Assembly: GCF_041886205.1 (NCBI RefSeq)
Contig: NZ_CP169029.1
Length of the DNA stretch: 64,000 nucleotides
Source: Escherichia coli
GTDB taxonomy: Bacteria; Pseudomonadota; Gammaproteobacteria; Enterobacterales; Enterobacteriaceae
Reading direction: 5' to 3' (one strand)
Below are positions 1-10,800 of this stretch, piece by piece. Each line of letters begins with the position of its first letter. Position 1 is the first letter of the stretch. The notes below the pieces were generated by a model. It made no database searches and had not been told where the DNA came from. It saw only the letters and a list, made by a program, of their open reading frames with translations. Both the position numbers and the translations under genes were made by a program.

Positions 1-148
1 GATCGCGCCCATACAGCCACTCCAGCGCGTGGTCTATCTGCCGGGCGTTGTCATCCAGCCCACAAAGGGTCGTTTCTGCCGCTTCGCCAAGAATTAATCG
101 CCAGCGTTGTAGCTCACGGGTGGTCAGAAGATCGTTCAGTTCAGACAT
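1..148 (-). CDS. yehP: First 49 codons of a YehP-like protein, the expected vWA partner of the MoxR-type ATPase. The gene runs off the left edge.
   Basis: Too short for the ORF track. The reverse-strand ATG at 148-146 reads MSELNDLLTTRELQRWRLILGEAAETTLCGLDDNARQIDHALEWLYGRD... with no stop before position 1. The start overlaps the yehM stop by 8 nt. The name rests on recalled yehLMPQ synteny; the vWA motifs lie outside the window. Confidence 0.6.
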   Translation of the reverse strand, partial: MSELNDLLTTRELQRWRLILGEAAETTLCGLDDNARQIDHALEWLYGRD

Positions 149-2420
149 GGAAAACTCCCCAGTGTTGCAGCGATGCCAGTGCCTGCTGTTCGAGTTGTTG
201 ATGATGTGCAATGGCTTGCGGTGGACAATGCAACGGTATTTGCAGCGCCGAAACGGGAAGTTGCGCCAGTTGATAATGCTCAAGCACCTGATGCGCCAGC
301 GTCCCGCGTTCTCGTGGTGGTAGCCAGGCCATCGCCGCGCGTAAATCGGGCAGGGCATTGATAAAATCGGCATCACTCAGTTGATTTAAATGACTGCTGA
401 AACCGGCGATAAATGCCGGCTGACAAGCCAGTTGATGACGGGCTAATGCCAGCAAACCGTGCAGCGCCTCGCCGGATTGGGCCGGGGATAACTGCGTCAG
501 CATTGTCAGCGCCGCTTCGGCACTAGCGTTGGGATGTTCCAGACGCATCAGTGCGCCAAGAGTCGCGCCGCGATCCAGCGCCGGGGCATGAATCGCCTGA
601 CTGCGGCGCTCCAGTAAGGCTACCGCCGCAGAAAGCGAAACGCCGGATAAGTTAACGCCGCTATGTAGATCGCGCAGGATATGGCAAAGCGCTTGCCAGC
701 TATGCAGGTGAGCGTGAAACTCCTTTTCATCCGGTCTGCCGTTGGATTCACACAGCCACAGCGTGCGATCGATAGCCGCGCATAACGTCGTTTGTAATAT
801 CTGCGCGCCTTGCATACCGCTAATTTCATCCAGCCGCCATAAGGCATATAGCACTTCCAGCGCCTGGCCCATTTCGGCAAATTGATTTTCCTGGGCGATT
901 AATAATGTGAGTTGTTCCAGTAATTGCTCACTAAAGCTCGCCAGGCCCGCTAACGCCGCCTGGCTAAGACATGCGGTAATGCTGCCGATTCCACCCGCGT
1001 CCAGCATATCGGCTTCTAATTTATTGCGTGCGGCTTCCTGGAGTGTTGCACCAAAGCAGGCGGCCTCAATCAATGCCGCATGCTGGCTAAGCGGGCGGGT
1101 TAATTTCCAGCGTTCTTCACCGTTGCCTGCAAGTGTCAGTGTACTTCCCTGCTGGCGTAAAATCCCTGGGATCTCCAGTATTGCCAGCCGATGTAACACC
1201 TGACTTTGCGCTAGTCCATTGGGGTTAAAGCGATTTAAGGTAAGCTGCGCCGGAAGAGAGATTCCGGTACGTTCCAGTTCGCAGGTGACATCTTTTGGCA
1301 GAGGCGGTTGTGGCGTGGAGGGGGCAAGTTTACCGAATCCGTCACCCGCTAATGTGTCTATCAACGTTAGCAGAATCGGATCGGTATCGGGATGAATAAC
1401 TCCGCGATAGCTCCACGGCAACGGCGCGTTCAAGGCTTCTTTAATCAGCGAGCCTGCTATGGCATCCAGCCAGTCAGTGCGTAACGGTAGTGTATGACCG
1501 CGCAACTGTGCCAGTGCCATTGCATGCAGATGTGCGGCAGCCATATCAGCGGTAGAAGCGGGCAATTTGTGCTGGCGCAAACGGGTGAGAACCGTTTTTA
1601 GCAGTTGTTCTCCCGCCTGCTGTAAGCCCCACTGCCAGCACCAGTTTTGCCAGACCGGAGCAGGCATTCCGGAAAGGTATCCTGCCAGCACATCAAGGCG
1701 CTTTTCGCTGTATGGCGTGAGATAACAACCTGTAACGGCATCATCCTGTGAGGGCAATTCTGGCTTGTTAATTTCCTGCGGGCATTCGCGCCACATTTTT
1801 GCCAGTGCCGGAGCGTGCCAGCCACCGCAGACGACTAACACGTCGCCATTGTTTTGCAGCATCGCCCATCCAATCCAGCGGGCCATAAAGGCTTCGCGCT
1901 GACGATTGAGAGCATCTCCGGGGGAATCGCCCCGCAGTTGGGCAAAATAGTGCGCCAGCGCAGAGGGTAATGCAGTTTGCTGGCTTTCATCTTCGAATAA
2001 GTGATCCCACAGGGTGTCGCTGTTATCCATGCGGGTGGCACGCAGCAGCAAGGCCTGGCTTTCCTCTTGCGTATCAGGCGAATCGTCCTCTTCTTCACTC
2101 TGCGCCCAGCAAGGCAAATCGATGAAGTAAGTTTGTGCCTGAATACGACGTGCGGCTTGTAGCGCCTGCCACTCCGGCGAAAATTCAGCAAATGGCGTCC
2201 AGGCACCGCGCCCGGGGGCCGTACCGTCCTGATACTGGCAATAACTGTAAATAGCTACCGGAAGCTGGTGGGCTAAAAACAGTTCGTCTACCCGGTCATT
2301 AAAATCAGCCGGGCCTTCAATCAACACGTATCGTGGCCGCTGGCTTTCGATTAACGATTTCACCAGCCGGGCGCTGGCCGGGCTATGATGCCGGATGCCG
2401 ACAATTAACGGCTCGCTCAT
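141..2420 (-). CDS. yehM: YehM-like large protein of unknown function (759 aa)
   Basis: ORF 141..2588. I place the start at ATG 2420 (MSEPLIVGIRHHSPASARLV...), 10 nt after the yehL stop, because the longer in-frame extension overlaps yehL. No catalytic motif is recognisable by eye. It is tightly coupled to yehP. Confidence 0.85.
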   Translation of the reverse strand: MSEPLIVGIRHHSPASARLVKSLIESQRPRYVLIEGPADFNDRVDELFLAHQLPVAIYSYCQYQDGTAPGRGAWTPFAEFSPEWQALQAARRIQAQTYFIDLPCWAQSEEEDDSPDTQEESQALLLRATRMDNSDTLWDHLFEDESQQTALPSALAHYFAQLRGDSPGDALNRQREAFMARWIGWAMLQNNGDVLVVCGGWHAPALAKMWRECPQEINKPELPSQDDAVTGCYLTPYSEKRLDVLAGYLSGMPAPVWQNWCWQWGLQQAGEQLLKTVLTRLRQHKLPASTADMAAAHLHAMALAQLRGHTLPLRTDWLDAIAGSLIKEALNAPLPWSYRGVIHPDTDPILLTLIDTLAGDGFGKLAPSTPQPPLPKDVTCELERTGISLPAQLTLNRFNPNGLAQSQVLHRLAILEIPGILRQQGSTLTLAGNGEERWKLTRPLSQHAALIEAACFGATLQEAARNKLEADMLDAGGIGSITACLSQAALAGLASFSEQLLEQLTLLIAQENQFAEMGQALEVLYALWRLDEISGMQGAQILQTTLCAAIDRTLWLCESNGRPDEKEFHAHLHSWQALCHILRDLHSGVNLSGVSLSAAVALLERRSQAIHAPALDRGATLGALMRLEHPNASAEAALTMLTQLSPAQSGEALHGLLALARHQLACQPAFIAGFSSHLNQLSDADFINALPDLRAAMAWLPPRERGTLAHQVLEHYQLAQLPVSALQIPLHCPPQAIAHHQQLEQQALASLQHWGVFHV

Positions 2421-2430
2421 GCATCTTTCC

Positions 2431-3519
2431 TCACGGCAGGCGGTGGCGGGCTTGATAATAAGCCTGCCAGTGAGCTTCTTTATGTGTGGCGACTCGCTGT
2501 TCGAAGTAACGGCGCAGACGAGCGCGATCTTCTTCGTTATCTTTGACGATGGTTCCGGCAATACAGTCCACCAGATCGGCTGGCTCACCTGCGCGATTCG
2601 CTAAAAACCAGGCGCGGACGCCCACAGCGTGGGCCACGTTCACGGCTTCAGCGGTGGACATAATCGCTGTTAGTGTATCCATTGACGTTTTCTTTTCGCC
2701 GTTGGCACGCAGATCGCGGAAGGTGCGGACCAGTAACTCCAGTACCGCGTCAGGCACTTTATGCGGAATACCGCTATGGGCCAGCAAACGCGCCGAAGCA
2801 CTGGCGACCAGTTCCAGCTCCTGAGCGAAATCCATAATCGGAAAGACAGTTTCAAAATCGAAGCGACGCTTTAGCGCAGCACTCATCTCATTGACGCCGC
2901 GATCGCGCGTATTGGCAGTGGCAATAATATTAAAGCCTTCCCGCGCATAGAGTTGACTGGCTTCACCAGTGAGTTCCGGCACCGTCATCACCCTGTCAGA
3001 AAGCATACCTAACAGACAGTCTTGCACTTCCAGCGGTGTACGCGTTATCTCTTCAAAACGGACGATTTTGCCGTCGCGCATTCCCTGGTAAAGCGGGGCA
3101 GGGACCAGCGCTTCCGTTGATGGACCATGATTGATAAGCAGAGCGTAGTTCCAGCCGTACTTGATTTGATCTTCAGTGGTAAATGCGCCGCCCTGGATGG
3201 TTAACCCGGCATCGCCGCTAATAGCGGTTGCCAGTAATTCAGACAGGAGAGATTTTGCGGTGCCCGGTTCCCCCACCAACATCAAACCGCGCCCGGTGGC
3301 AAGAGTGACTAACATACGTTCGACAGCAGAGGGACTAATCACGACTTTACGGCTAATATTTTGCGCGCTATCGCCAAGGATAAAAGCACGTGCCGCAGGC
3401 AAACTTAACTGCCAACCGGGCGGGCAAGGTGCGTTATCATTTTGTTTTAATTTTGCCAGTTCATCGGCGTATAACACAGCGGCAGGCGGACGCTGCAGAT
3501 GATTATTCTGCGGTGACAT
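2431..3519 (-). CDS. yehL: MoxR / AAA_5-type AAA+ ATPase (362 aa)
   Basis: ORF 2431..3585. The start is taken at ATG 3519 (MSPQNNHLQRPPAAVLYADELAKL...). Walker A is LMLVGEPGTAKS, a Walker B-like segment is GKIVRFEEI, and IIATANTRDRG is typical of MoxR-class ATPases. Confidence 0.9.
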   Translation of the reverse strand: MSPQNNHLQRPPAAVLYADELAKLKQNDNAPCPPGWQLSLPAARAFILGDSAQNISRKVVISPSAVERMLVTLATGRGLMLVGEPGTAKSLLSELLATAISGDAGLTIQGGAFTTEDQIKYGWNYALLINHGPSTEALVPAPLYQGMRDGKIVRFEEITRTPLEVQDCLLGMLSDRVMTVPELTGEASQLYAREGFNIIATANTRDRGVNEMSAALKRRFDFETVFPIMDFAQELELVASASARLLAHSGIPHKVPDAVLELLVRTFRDLRANGEKKTSMDTLTAIMSTAEAVNVAHAVGVRAWFLANRAGEPADLVDCIAGTIVKDNEEDRARLRRYFEQRVATHKEAHWQAYYQARHRLP

Positions 3520-3625
3520 ATATTCATCCCTGAAATGTATTAATGAAATAAACGATATTTTACGCGCAATAAATGTTTGGCGCATTAGTTGTTTGAGCGA
3601 AAAATATCTGGAAAGCAGATCACAG

Positions 3626-3656
3626 TAAATAAAAAAACCTGCTGGTGAGGCAGGTT
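3626..3656 (-). terminator. Rho-independent terminator ending the molR-like/yehI/yehK transcript
   Basis: Stem AACCTGC (3636-3642) / GCAGGTT (3650-3656) with a 7-nt loop. On the minus strand it is followed by TTTTTTTATTT. It lies about 170 nt after the yehK stop and upstream of yehL. Confidence 0.8.
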
Positions 3657-3825
3657 CTTTTATTTACTATTTTCAGGCCTAACACCACAGCCTGTGCAAC
3701 ATCGTGTTCCAACGAACGAATTATAACCACGGCTGGACCCCGTTGCAATTAAGATAATGAGATTTATAATCCAGACCGTTGGGACGTTGCGCCGGATCGG
3801 ACCAATTTGAATTATTTAGAGTATA

Positions 3826-4143
3826 TTATTCTATTTCTTGGTTGAATATATTCTGTAGTTCACGATTAAAAATTGCTATTACAGTTTCAGGTGATTCACC
3901 TCGTAATTTCCGCTCATCAATACACTCATCTCTTATATAAATCAACGCATCATTTATTAGCGGGTCAGCATCTTCTCGATCACGTTGATGAAATGTTGGA
4001 TGTAGCCGGAATCGCTCCAGTCGATAGACGGAACCTGTAAATAATTCAGAGCATTTATGGATCTCAAGTCTGAAGGAAAACGGATCTTCAGGTACAGGGA
4101 CCTCATAATCGTAAATAGCAACCAGCTCTTTTTGCACGATCAT
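3826..4143 (-). CDS. yehK: Small acidic protein of unknown function (105 aa)
   Basis: ORF 3826..4143. Its position between yehI and yehL matches recalled K-12 yehK (105 aa). Coding sequence is AT-rich and shows no recognisable motif. Confidence 0.8.
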   Translation of the reverse strand: MIVQKELVAIYDYEVPVPEDPFSFRLEIHKCSELFTGSVYRLERFRLHPTFHQRDREDADPLINDALIYIRDECIDERKLRGESPETVIAIFNRELQNIFNQEIE

Positions 4144-4202
4144 CGCTTTCCCGTTGGTAAGTCGTGTTGAAAACGGGCAGTCGCATCACTGCCCGTTGTG
4201 TT

Positions 4203-7200
4203 TTAATGGAAAATGACGTCGGGTGCGCTTAACGCCTCACTCAAATCAAACACATCAAGTGCGGCAAAAGTGACGGATTTATTGTCACGGTACACCCGAA
4301 GAGAACGGAAGCTCATCAGCGCTTTGCTATCAGCACTGTAGTAGTTAAAACCGGGTGAAAACTTAAGGACCAGCCGGTACTCACCTAAGTCATAGACAAA
4401 TGCGTCCTCATAGCCTGACTCCCAGCCTTTGTATCGCATTCCCATAAGCTGCCCAACGGTAGCGGATTTACCTTCCCAGCGAGTCAGGCTGTTACTGGTT
4501 GACTCGTCAGGTGTGAGCAGCACCGTGCGGCGCGACAACTGGCGAAAAGGCGGCATAATTTCGTAATCGGCAAAAAGCTGTGCAAATTCACTGCGCATTT
4601 CTGCTGTCATTTCTAACGGGTGGGCAATGCCAATCAGAGCGTCCGCAGGCAGGTCAATGGGCTCATCTTGTGCATTGCAGAATTCCCCCTCTGCGGCCAC
4701 ACGAAAGGTGTTGAGTAAACGACGTGGTTCATTTGCCGGATAAACCCCCCATATTAATCGCTGGGTAACCAGGCGGGTAAAGGGATGATTAACAAAAAGA
4801 GAATGAAAATCTGCCAGCGACCAGCGTCGGGTGGTGCGTAGGGCAGTTTCAAGACGCGGGAGCAGGTTTTTGCTCACCTGAGTGGCATCTTTTTTTAGCC
4901 CTTTTAGTCGGGCCAGTGCCTCGGGCGCTTTCAGTTGATCGTCATCGGCGCGCAACCGGGGAACACTTTTCTGGCGAACGTTTTGTTGATCGTAGATAAC
5001 CGGGTTGAGGTTTTCATCGAAGCGAACGGTAAACTGCCGGGGACCAAAATCAAAAATCAACGCCTGCGGATCATCAAGACCCAGTGTTGGGACTAATCTG
5101 TCCGCTAACTCTTCCTGGCTTAGCCCGCGATTTTCTGCGACCACCTGAAGAAATTCCGCTGCGTTTTCACGTAATGAAGAGGATTTCGCCCGTTGTGATA
5201 CATGATGCAGCTGTATCAGCGCCATATCATTATTCATCAGGGTGAGTATATTCAGACCACTGACAGCACGGGCAGATTTGCCTTCTTGTGGCCAAGCGAG
5301 GATCTGTGTTGTTAGATCCCGTGCCGTGCTTTCGTCACCAAAGAGACTTAACGCCAGAAATGCCCAGTTGTCTTTTGCGGGGGCACCAGCTTGTTGCCAT
5401 GCGGTGAAGAGATCCCAGGCAAAAGCTGCCAGCGTTTGCGGCTGGCAGAACGTTTTCAGTTGTTCCAGCCCGCTATAAAAACGTCCCCCTTGGGTAAAGC
5501 GCAGCATTTCGCCAATAATTTCCAGAGCGTCATCGGTAACAGGTTGATTATTAGTGATAAGGCGCGGCCTGGACCACATTTGCGGATGCCAGAAATCAGG
5601 GGCTTTTGGAATGCGTGCCGGGTAAATCTCTATTGGACTCTGTTTAAGTAATTGTTCCAGGGCAGGCCATACATCAGCGCGATCCCAGCGGTTTGCCACG
5701 GTTTGTAGTAATACGCCATGTCCCTGTTCGTAAAGTAAACGCAGGGCAAGTAATGCAGCTTCGCTATTATCGCTGGATTTAGTGAAGACAAGAGGGATAA
5801 GTGCAGTAGCCGTATGTTCCGGCCATTGTAAAATCCACTGGCGAGCCAGATCACGCTGCGCCGCGAAACGTCGCCAGACGCGGGCAACAGGCAGCGCCAG
5901 TTCTGTTGCGCCGAAATGAATCAGCAGCGGAAATATCTCTTGTGGATGTCGGGCAAAGGCGGTGTTTAATCCAGGCAAAGCATCGGTAGCCAGCACACTT
6001 AACAGATATTCCACCCCAGTGTAATGAAAATCAGCATCGACAATTTGTTGCCAGCACGATACCGCCATTTCGCGCGGCATCTGCGCGATAAGGTACAGAT
6101 TCCAAATCCCCCAACGCTTTTCATTACCATAGTAAAATTCGTGCTGAAAAGTTCGCCACCCTTCCATCAACGCAATGCAATCTTGTGCCAGTAATGCTTT
6201 GGTGGCTTCTTCACGATACTGTTTAGATTTGGCCTGATGCGCGTGATAAGTACGCAATAGTCCTATTGATGTGTATTCTTGCAGTTGCTGAGCATCAAAG
6301 GCATCCAACTGTCCATTAAGAAGATGCTTATTAAATTCCAGGCTATGAACGTCAAAACCTAATTCCCGCAAGAAGGTATCCGCCCCTCTCTTAGCAATAC
6401 GTTCGTCAAAAGACATGGCGCTAAAATGGTCAATTGCAGTTTGCTGTTCCGGCGTCCAGTGTTTATTCGGCGACCTGTACGTTTGCGGTGCAAGCGTAAG
6501 ATCAGGCAGCGAAAAGTGAGGTATGGAAGTCTTTTTCTTCCTCCCACGCCATGGTGGTGAAACGAGGATTTCAGGCATTTGGCTGTTATCGGTACTATCA
6601 ATAACCGGTTTGGGCGGTGCCAATAAATAACTATTCAGTACTGCCCGGGCTTGAGTACTTAACCACTGCATCACCTCTTCTGCCAGTTGTGGCTGCGATG
6701 CCATCAGCGTTTGTAACAGCGTACGCCAGTATTCATCTCGAGCTTTTTGCTGGGCAGGCAGCTTTTTGTCTTCGATGATTGGATAACCAGGGCGGGCTGG
6801 TGGTTCTTTTAACGCCAACAGTTCTGCCAGTGCCGCGAGCGTCGCGTGGGGGAAGTTTTTACTGTATTTAGCCACACGTTGCAGGCTGGGTTTGTTTTTA
6901 TCAGCCACCAGTAGCAAGGTGCGGATGACCTGCGGATGGTTAATTTGTACCAACAGACTGCCGCAATCTTCTTTATGGGCATACATCGCGAGGCGCGGAA
7001 TGGCTGCCAGTCCTTGTTCGCGCAAAAGGGCGGCGCAGGCCGCGTAGCCGAAGTGGTTTTCATGCGACATGTAGCTGGCTTCGCGATCGCTAAATATATC
7101 CTGACTCCAGTAGTGATCGAGTTTCCTCACCGCTGTGGGGTCATTAGCAACAACTTTTAGCCACTCCTTAGAATGATAATGAGTCCGTGGGCATTCAAGG

Positions 7201-7850
7201 CCTATCAACTCATTGGCGATTTCTGGTTTTTCCGGGAGGATCAGCGCAATAAAAGGGCGGCGAACTTTGGTTATTCCTGGCAGTGCGGCAATGAGTTTGT
7301 CGGCGCAACGCTGCCAGCAGCTTTCCTCTGCCAGAGAGAGATGCTTACGCAGTCGGAGATCGAATTCGTTATAGGTTTCTGATCGATAACCATAGCCATA
7401 GTCCTCGTTCTGATACTGCAATGTCACTACCAGAGGATCACTCTCATAACACCGCGCAATAAACTGGCGTGCAATCACCACCTCAGTCGCATATTCCAGT
7501 CCCTCTTGTTGGACGATTTCGTCGAGCAACTGTTGGCTGTCATTTTGCGCGATACAGGCTAGTGCCGCCATTGTGCGGGCCGGGACTGAGGGTTTGTGTT
7601 CGCCGATCAAGTTGATGGCCTGCGTAATGGCGGACTGCCACTCCAGTGAAAAATTTTCATAACGCCAGACAATGTTTTTTTTCTTCTCAGCTTTTTGTAG
7701 CAATTCATCACCCAGTGTCTGAATGATGCTTTCAGTGATAACAGGCACCGGTTCGCCCGGCCATTTGCGATGACTGAGTGGTGTTTTGCCTTTTTTATAT
7801 TTCAGTTCCAGTTGGGCGTTATCCGCCAGCCACGGTAATTCCTTGTCCAT
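4203..7850 (-). CDS. yehI: DUF4132-family giant protein lacking a WGR domain (1215 aa)
   Basis: ORF 4203..7850. It is a paralogue of the two upstream genes along its whole length (for example LPWLADNAQ, HLSLAEESCWQRCADKLIAALP, LLPEKPEIA, FDFGPRQFTVRFDENL, FADYEIMPPFRQL). It begins directly at the segment that follows the WGR domain in its paralogues. A 9-nt spacer with AGGAAAG separates it from the upstream stop. Confidence 0.9.
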   Translation of the reverse strand: MDKELPWLADNAQLELKYKKGKTPLSHRKWPGEPVPVITESIIQTLGDELLQKAEKKKNIVWRYENFSLEWQSAITQAINLIGEHKPSVPARTMAALACIAQNDSQQLLDEIVQQEGLEYATEVVIARQFIARCYESDPLVVTLQYQNEDYGYGYRSETYNEFDLRLRKHLSLAEESCWQRCADKLIAALPGITKVRRPFIALILPEKPEIANELIGLECPRTHYHSKEWLKVVANDPTAVRKLDHYWSQDIFSDREASYMSHENHFGYAACAALLREQGLAAIPRLAMYAHKEDCGSLLVQINHPQVIRTLLLVADKNKPSLQRVAKYSKNFPHATLAALAELLALKEPPARPGYPIIEDKKLPAQQKARDEYWRTLLQTLMASQPQLAEEVMQWLSTQARAVLNSYLLAPPKPVIDSTDNSQMPEILVSPPWRGRKKKTSIPHFSLPDLTLAPQTYRSPNKHWTPEQQTAIDHFSAMSFDERIAKRGADTFLRELGFDVHSLEFNKHLLNGQLDAFDAQQLQEYTSIGLLRTYHAHQAKSKQYREEATKALLAQDCIALMEGWRTFQHEFYYGNEKRWGIWNLYLIAQMPREMAVSCWQQIVDADFHYTGVEYLLSVLATDALPGLNTAFARHPQEIFPLLIHFGATELALPVARVWRRFAAQRDLARQWILQWPEHTATALIPLVFTKSSDNSEAALLALRLLYEQGHGVLLQTVANRWDRADVWPALEQLLKQSPIEIYPARIPKAPDFWHPQMWSRPRLITNNQPVTDDALEIIGEMLRFTQGGRFYSGLEQLKTFCQPQTLAAFAWDLFTAWQQAGAPAKDNWAFLALSLFGDESTARDLTTQILAWPQEGKSARAVSGLNILTLMNNDMALIQLHHVSQRAKSSSLRENAAEFLQVVAENRGLSQEELADRLVPTLGLDDPQALIFDFGPRQFTVRFDENLNPVIYDQQNVRQKSVPRLRADDDQLKAPEALARLKGLKKDATQVSKNLLPRLETALRTTRRWSLADFHSLFVNHPFTRLVTQRLIWGVYPANEPRRLLNTFRVAAEGEFCNAQDEPIDLPADALIGIAHPLEMTAEMRSEFAQLFADYEIMPPFRQLSRRTVLLTPDESTSNSLTRWEGKSATVGQLMGMRYKGWESGYEDAFVYDLGEYRLVLKFSPGFNYYSADSKALMSFRSLRVYRDNKSVTFAALDVFDLSEALSAPDVIFH

Positions 7851-7859
7851 GCTCTTTCC

Positions 7860-10800
7860 TTATTCAAACAGGGCTTCAATATCGTTAATTAGCTCGCTGG
7901 CGGTGATGGCATCGAGTACGGAGAACTGCGCTTCCTGTGTTGAATTACTCCCCCAGCCATAGCTTTCCGCTTTGCCTTCCCATAACCACAGCTTGCTTAA
8001 GAGCTGCTCAGCGCTAAGTTCGGCTGGTGACATACCCACCGCAAAACCTTCGTCGATTTCCATGATTAACGACCAGCGACCCAAAGGTTTGATCATCCAT
8101 CCGATCCAGCCTCCATCCTGTGGTTCGCCCTTTATCCAGCCTTTATTCGCCAGCCCCATGACCCGACCACTCGGGCATTTTCTGCCTGCCCAGCGGGTCA
8201 GTTCACTGGCATTGCGCTCGGCTTCTGTCAGGGCGTAGCTGTTACGGTCGAGCTGGCGGAACGGTGGTAGCAGTTCGTAGTCGGCAAAAAGCTGACCAAA
8301 GGCGGCAGCATCCGTTGGTGATATTTCCAGAACGTGAGGAGTGCCGATAGAGATATCGCCTTCCGGCAGGGTGAAAAGATCATCGTCAGCGGTGCTGTAG
8401 CTGTTATCTTCTGCTACGCGAAAGCAAGCCAGTAGCTGGTTTTCGGCGCTATAAACGCCCCAAATCAGACGGCGGGTTAAGTGACGAACCAGCGGATGCT
8501 CAACCAGGAAGAGCTGGAAGTTTTCCAGCGACCAGCGGCGGCGCAGGCACATGGCGGATTCCAGCCTTGCTACCTGCTGGGCGGCGACGGTACGCGCATC
8601 TTTTTTCAGCAGTTTGTAGCGGTTAACAGCATCGTTCGCCTGTGATTCATCATCGCTTTTGTTTGGTTTGGGCAGGTCTTTCAGACGGCTGCCGGAAGCG
8701 TCACGCACAAACGGTTTTAAGGTTTCATCAAAGCTGACGGTGAACTGGCGTGGGCCGAAATCCAGCAGCAACGAACCGTTATCATCCAGACCGAGATCTG
8801 GTGCTAACCGATCTTCAAGCTCCGCCACCGTGAGTTCGCGGCTCTCGGCAATATCGGCAATTTTCTCTTTTGCCCGCTCCTGTAAAGCTTTGAATTTCAG
8901 TTTCTGAGCAATGCCGTTAAGCTGCATCAGAGCAATATCACTACCGATAGCGGCGAGGATATCAAGCCCGACGGTGGCGCGTTTATGCTGGGATTCGCCA
9001 GGCCAGGCGCGGATTAATGGCGTCAGTTTGCGGGCGGTGTCATCGTTACCGAGAACGCCTAACGCAGTGAACGCCCAACTCTCTTTCGACGGCGCGCCAG
9101 CGGTCTGCCAGGCGGTAAACAGATCCCAGGCAAATTCAGCCAGTGAGTCGGCGGTACAGGCGTCTTTCACCTGTAATATTCCCGGATACAGAACCTCTTC
9201 CTGAGGGAAGCGGAGCATTTCACCGAGGTGGAGGAGGGCTCTATCTGGCAGTGATTGGGCGTTTGCTTTTAATACCGGGCGCGTCCAGAGCGATGGTTGA
9301 TAAAAGGCCGGAAGAGTGGGGATTTTTGTCGGGTGATTATCTAAGGGATCGAGCGCAAGCAGAGCGTTCACCGCATCGGTTACTTCCGGCTGGTTATAAC
9401 GTCGGGCGATTTCTTGCAGTAATGGCTGATGACCGTTTTCGGTAAGCATACGCAAGGCAGCGCGGGCGTTATCCTGTGCTTCACCGGCTTTGCCGAGCGC
9501 CGCAGGCAGCAGGCCGGTAAGGGCATGTTCCGGGTATTTCAACAGCCAGCTACGGGCGTTTTCGCGTAGCGTTTTGAGTTTGTTGAAGGCACGGGCAATC
9601 AGTGGCGCTAATTCGATAGCCGCAAAATATTGTGCTACAGGCAGCGCTTCTTGCGGATAGCGAGATGCTGAGTGGATAAAACCTGTTAAACCAGCAAGTC
9701 GAAGATGCAACATTACTTGTGTTGCACCTGTATGTGGTTCTTTACTAAGGATGTTCCACATCTCGATAGCTTTATTAATGGGTAAAACATGGAGTGAAGA
9801 AAGATTCCATTCGCCCTGATAAGGGGAGTTATAGGACTTAAAAGCATCAATCAGCGCTGAATAATCTTCACGCTGCAAGGCATCCAGTGCTATTTCTGGA
9901 ACATCAATATAGCCTCTATGTTTGTTCCAATCCCAGCGGTTGAATCCCAGGGAGGTCAGAAAAGCTTTTTCTCCCTCAGCTTGCTGATGAGGTTGCCAGT
10001 TATGCTGCACTTGCAGTGTTTTGCTTTTTGTTTCATTTATTGTACAGAAGGATTCTAGGGATAATGGTGCTAAATCCAGCACCGAAATCGTCGATTTTTT
10101 CTTTTTAGCCAGCCAGGGCGGTGAGACTAATACGGCAGGCAGCATATCAGCGTTCGCATAAACTGAAGGTTGTGTCAGTTGTTGCTGGCATGACTTAAGA
10201 ACGGTAACTGCCGGGGCAGATAGCCAGGAGATTACCCGTTCTGCTAATGTTGGTTGTGAGATAAGCATTGTCATTAGCATCATGCGCCAGCGCTTTTCAT
10301 CTTTTTTTGCCAGAAGTTCTGCTAATGCCGCCAGCGCTGCATGTGGAAAGCGAACGAAAGCCTTTGTCATGCGATCGTGGCAACGCTTTCCCTGCTCGCT
10401 TGCATGGATAAGTAGTGTAAGTGCCTGCGGGTGGTTGATATGCATCAACACTTCACCACATGTGTCACCAGCAGCGTAAGGAGCAAAACGGGCCAGCGCA
10501 GCGACACCTTGCTCCTTGAGTATCGTTGCGCACCAGATTTTACCTCCGTAATAATCATCAAATACCTGCCCAGGCTGTCCTGGATAGTATTTTCCCAGTT
10601 CTGCCAATACCTGCTCGTCAGCGGCCGTCAGTTTTAGCCATTCCAGCGCATATAACCCTTTTTGTCCGCAAAGATGTCTGGCAATCTCATGAGCTATTTC
10701 TGGTTTTTCCGGCAACAATAGTGCAACCAGCGGCTGGTGCCAGGTGGGCATGTTTCCGAGAGCGGCAATCAGTTTGTCGGCGCAGCGCTGCCATACATCG

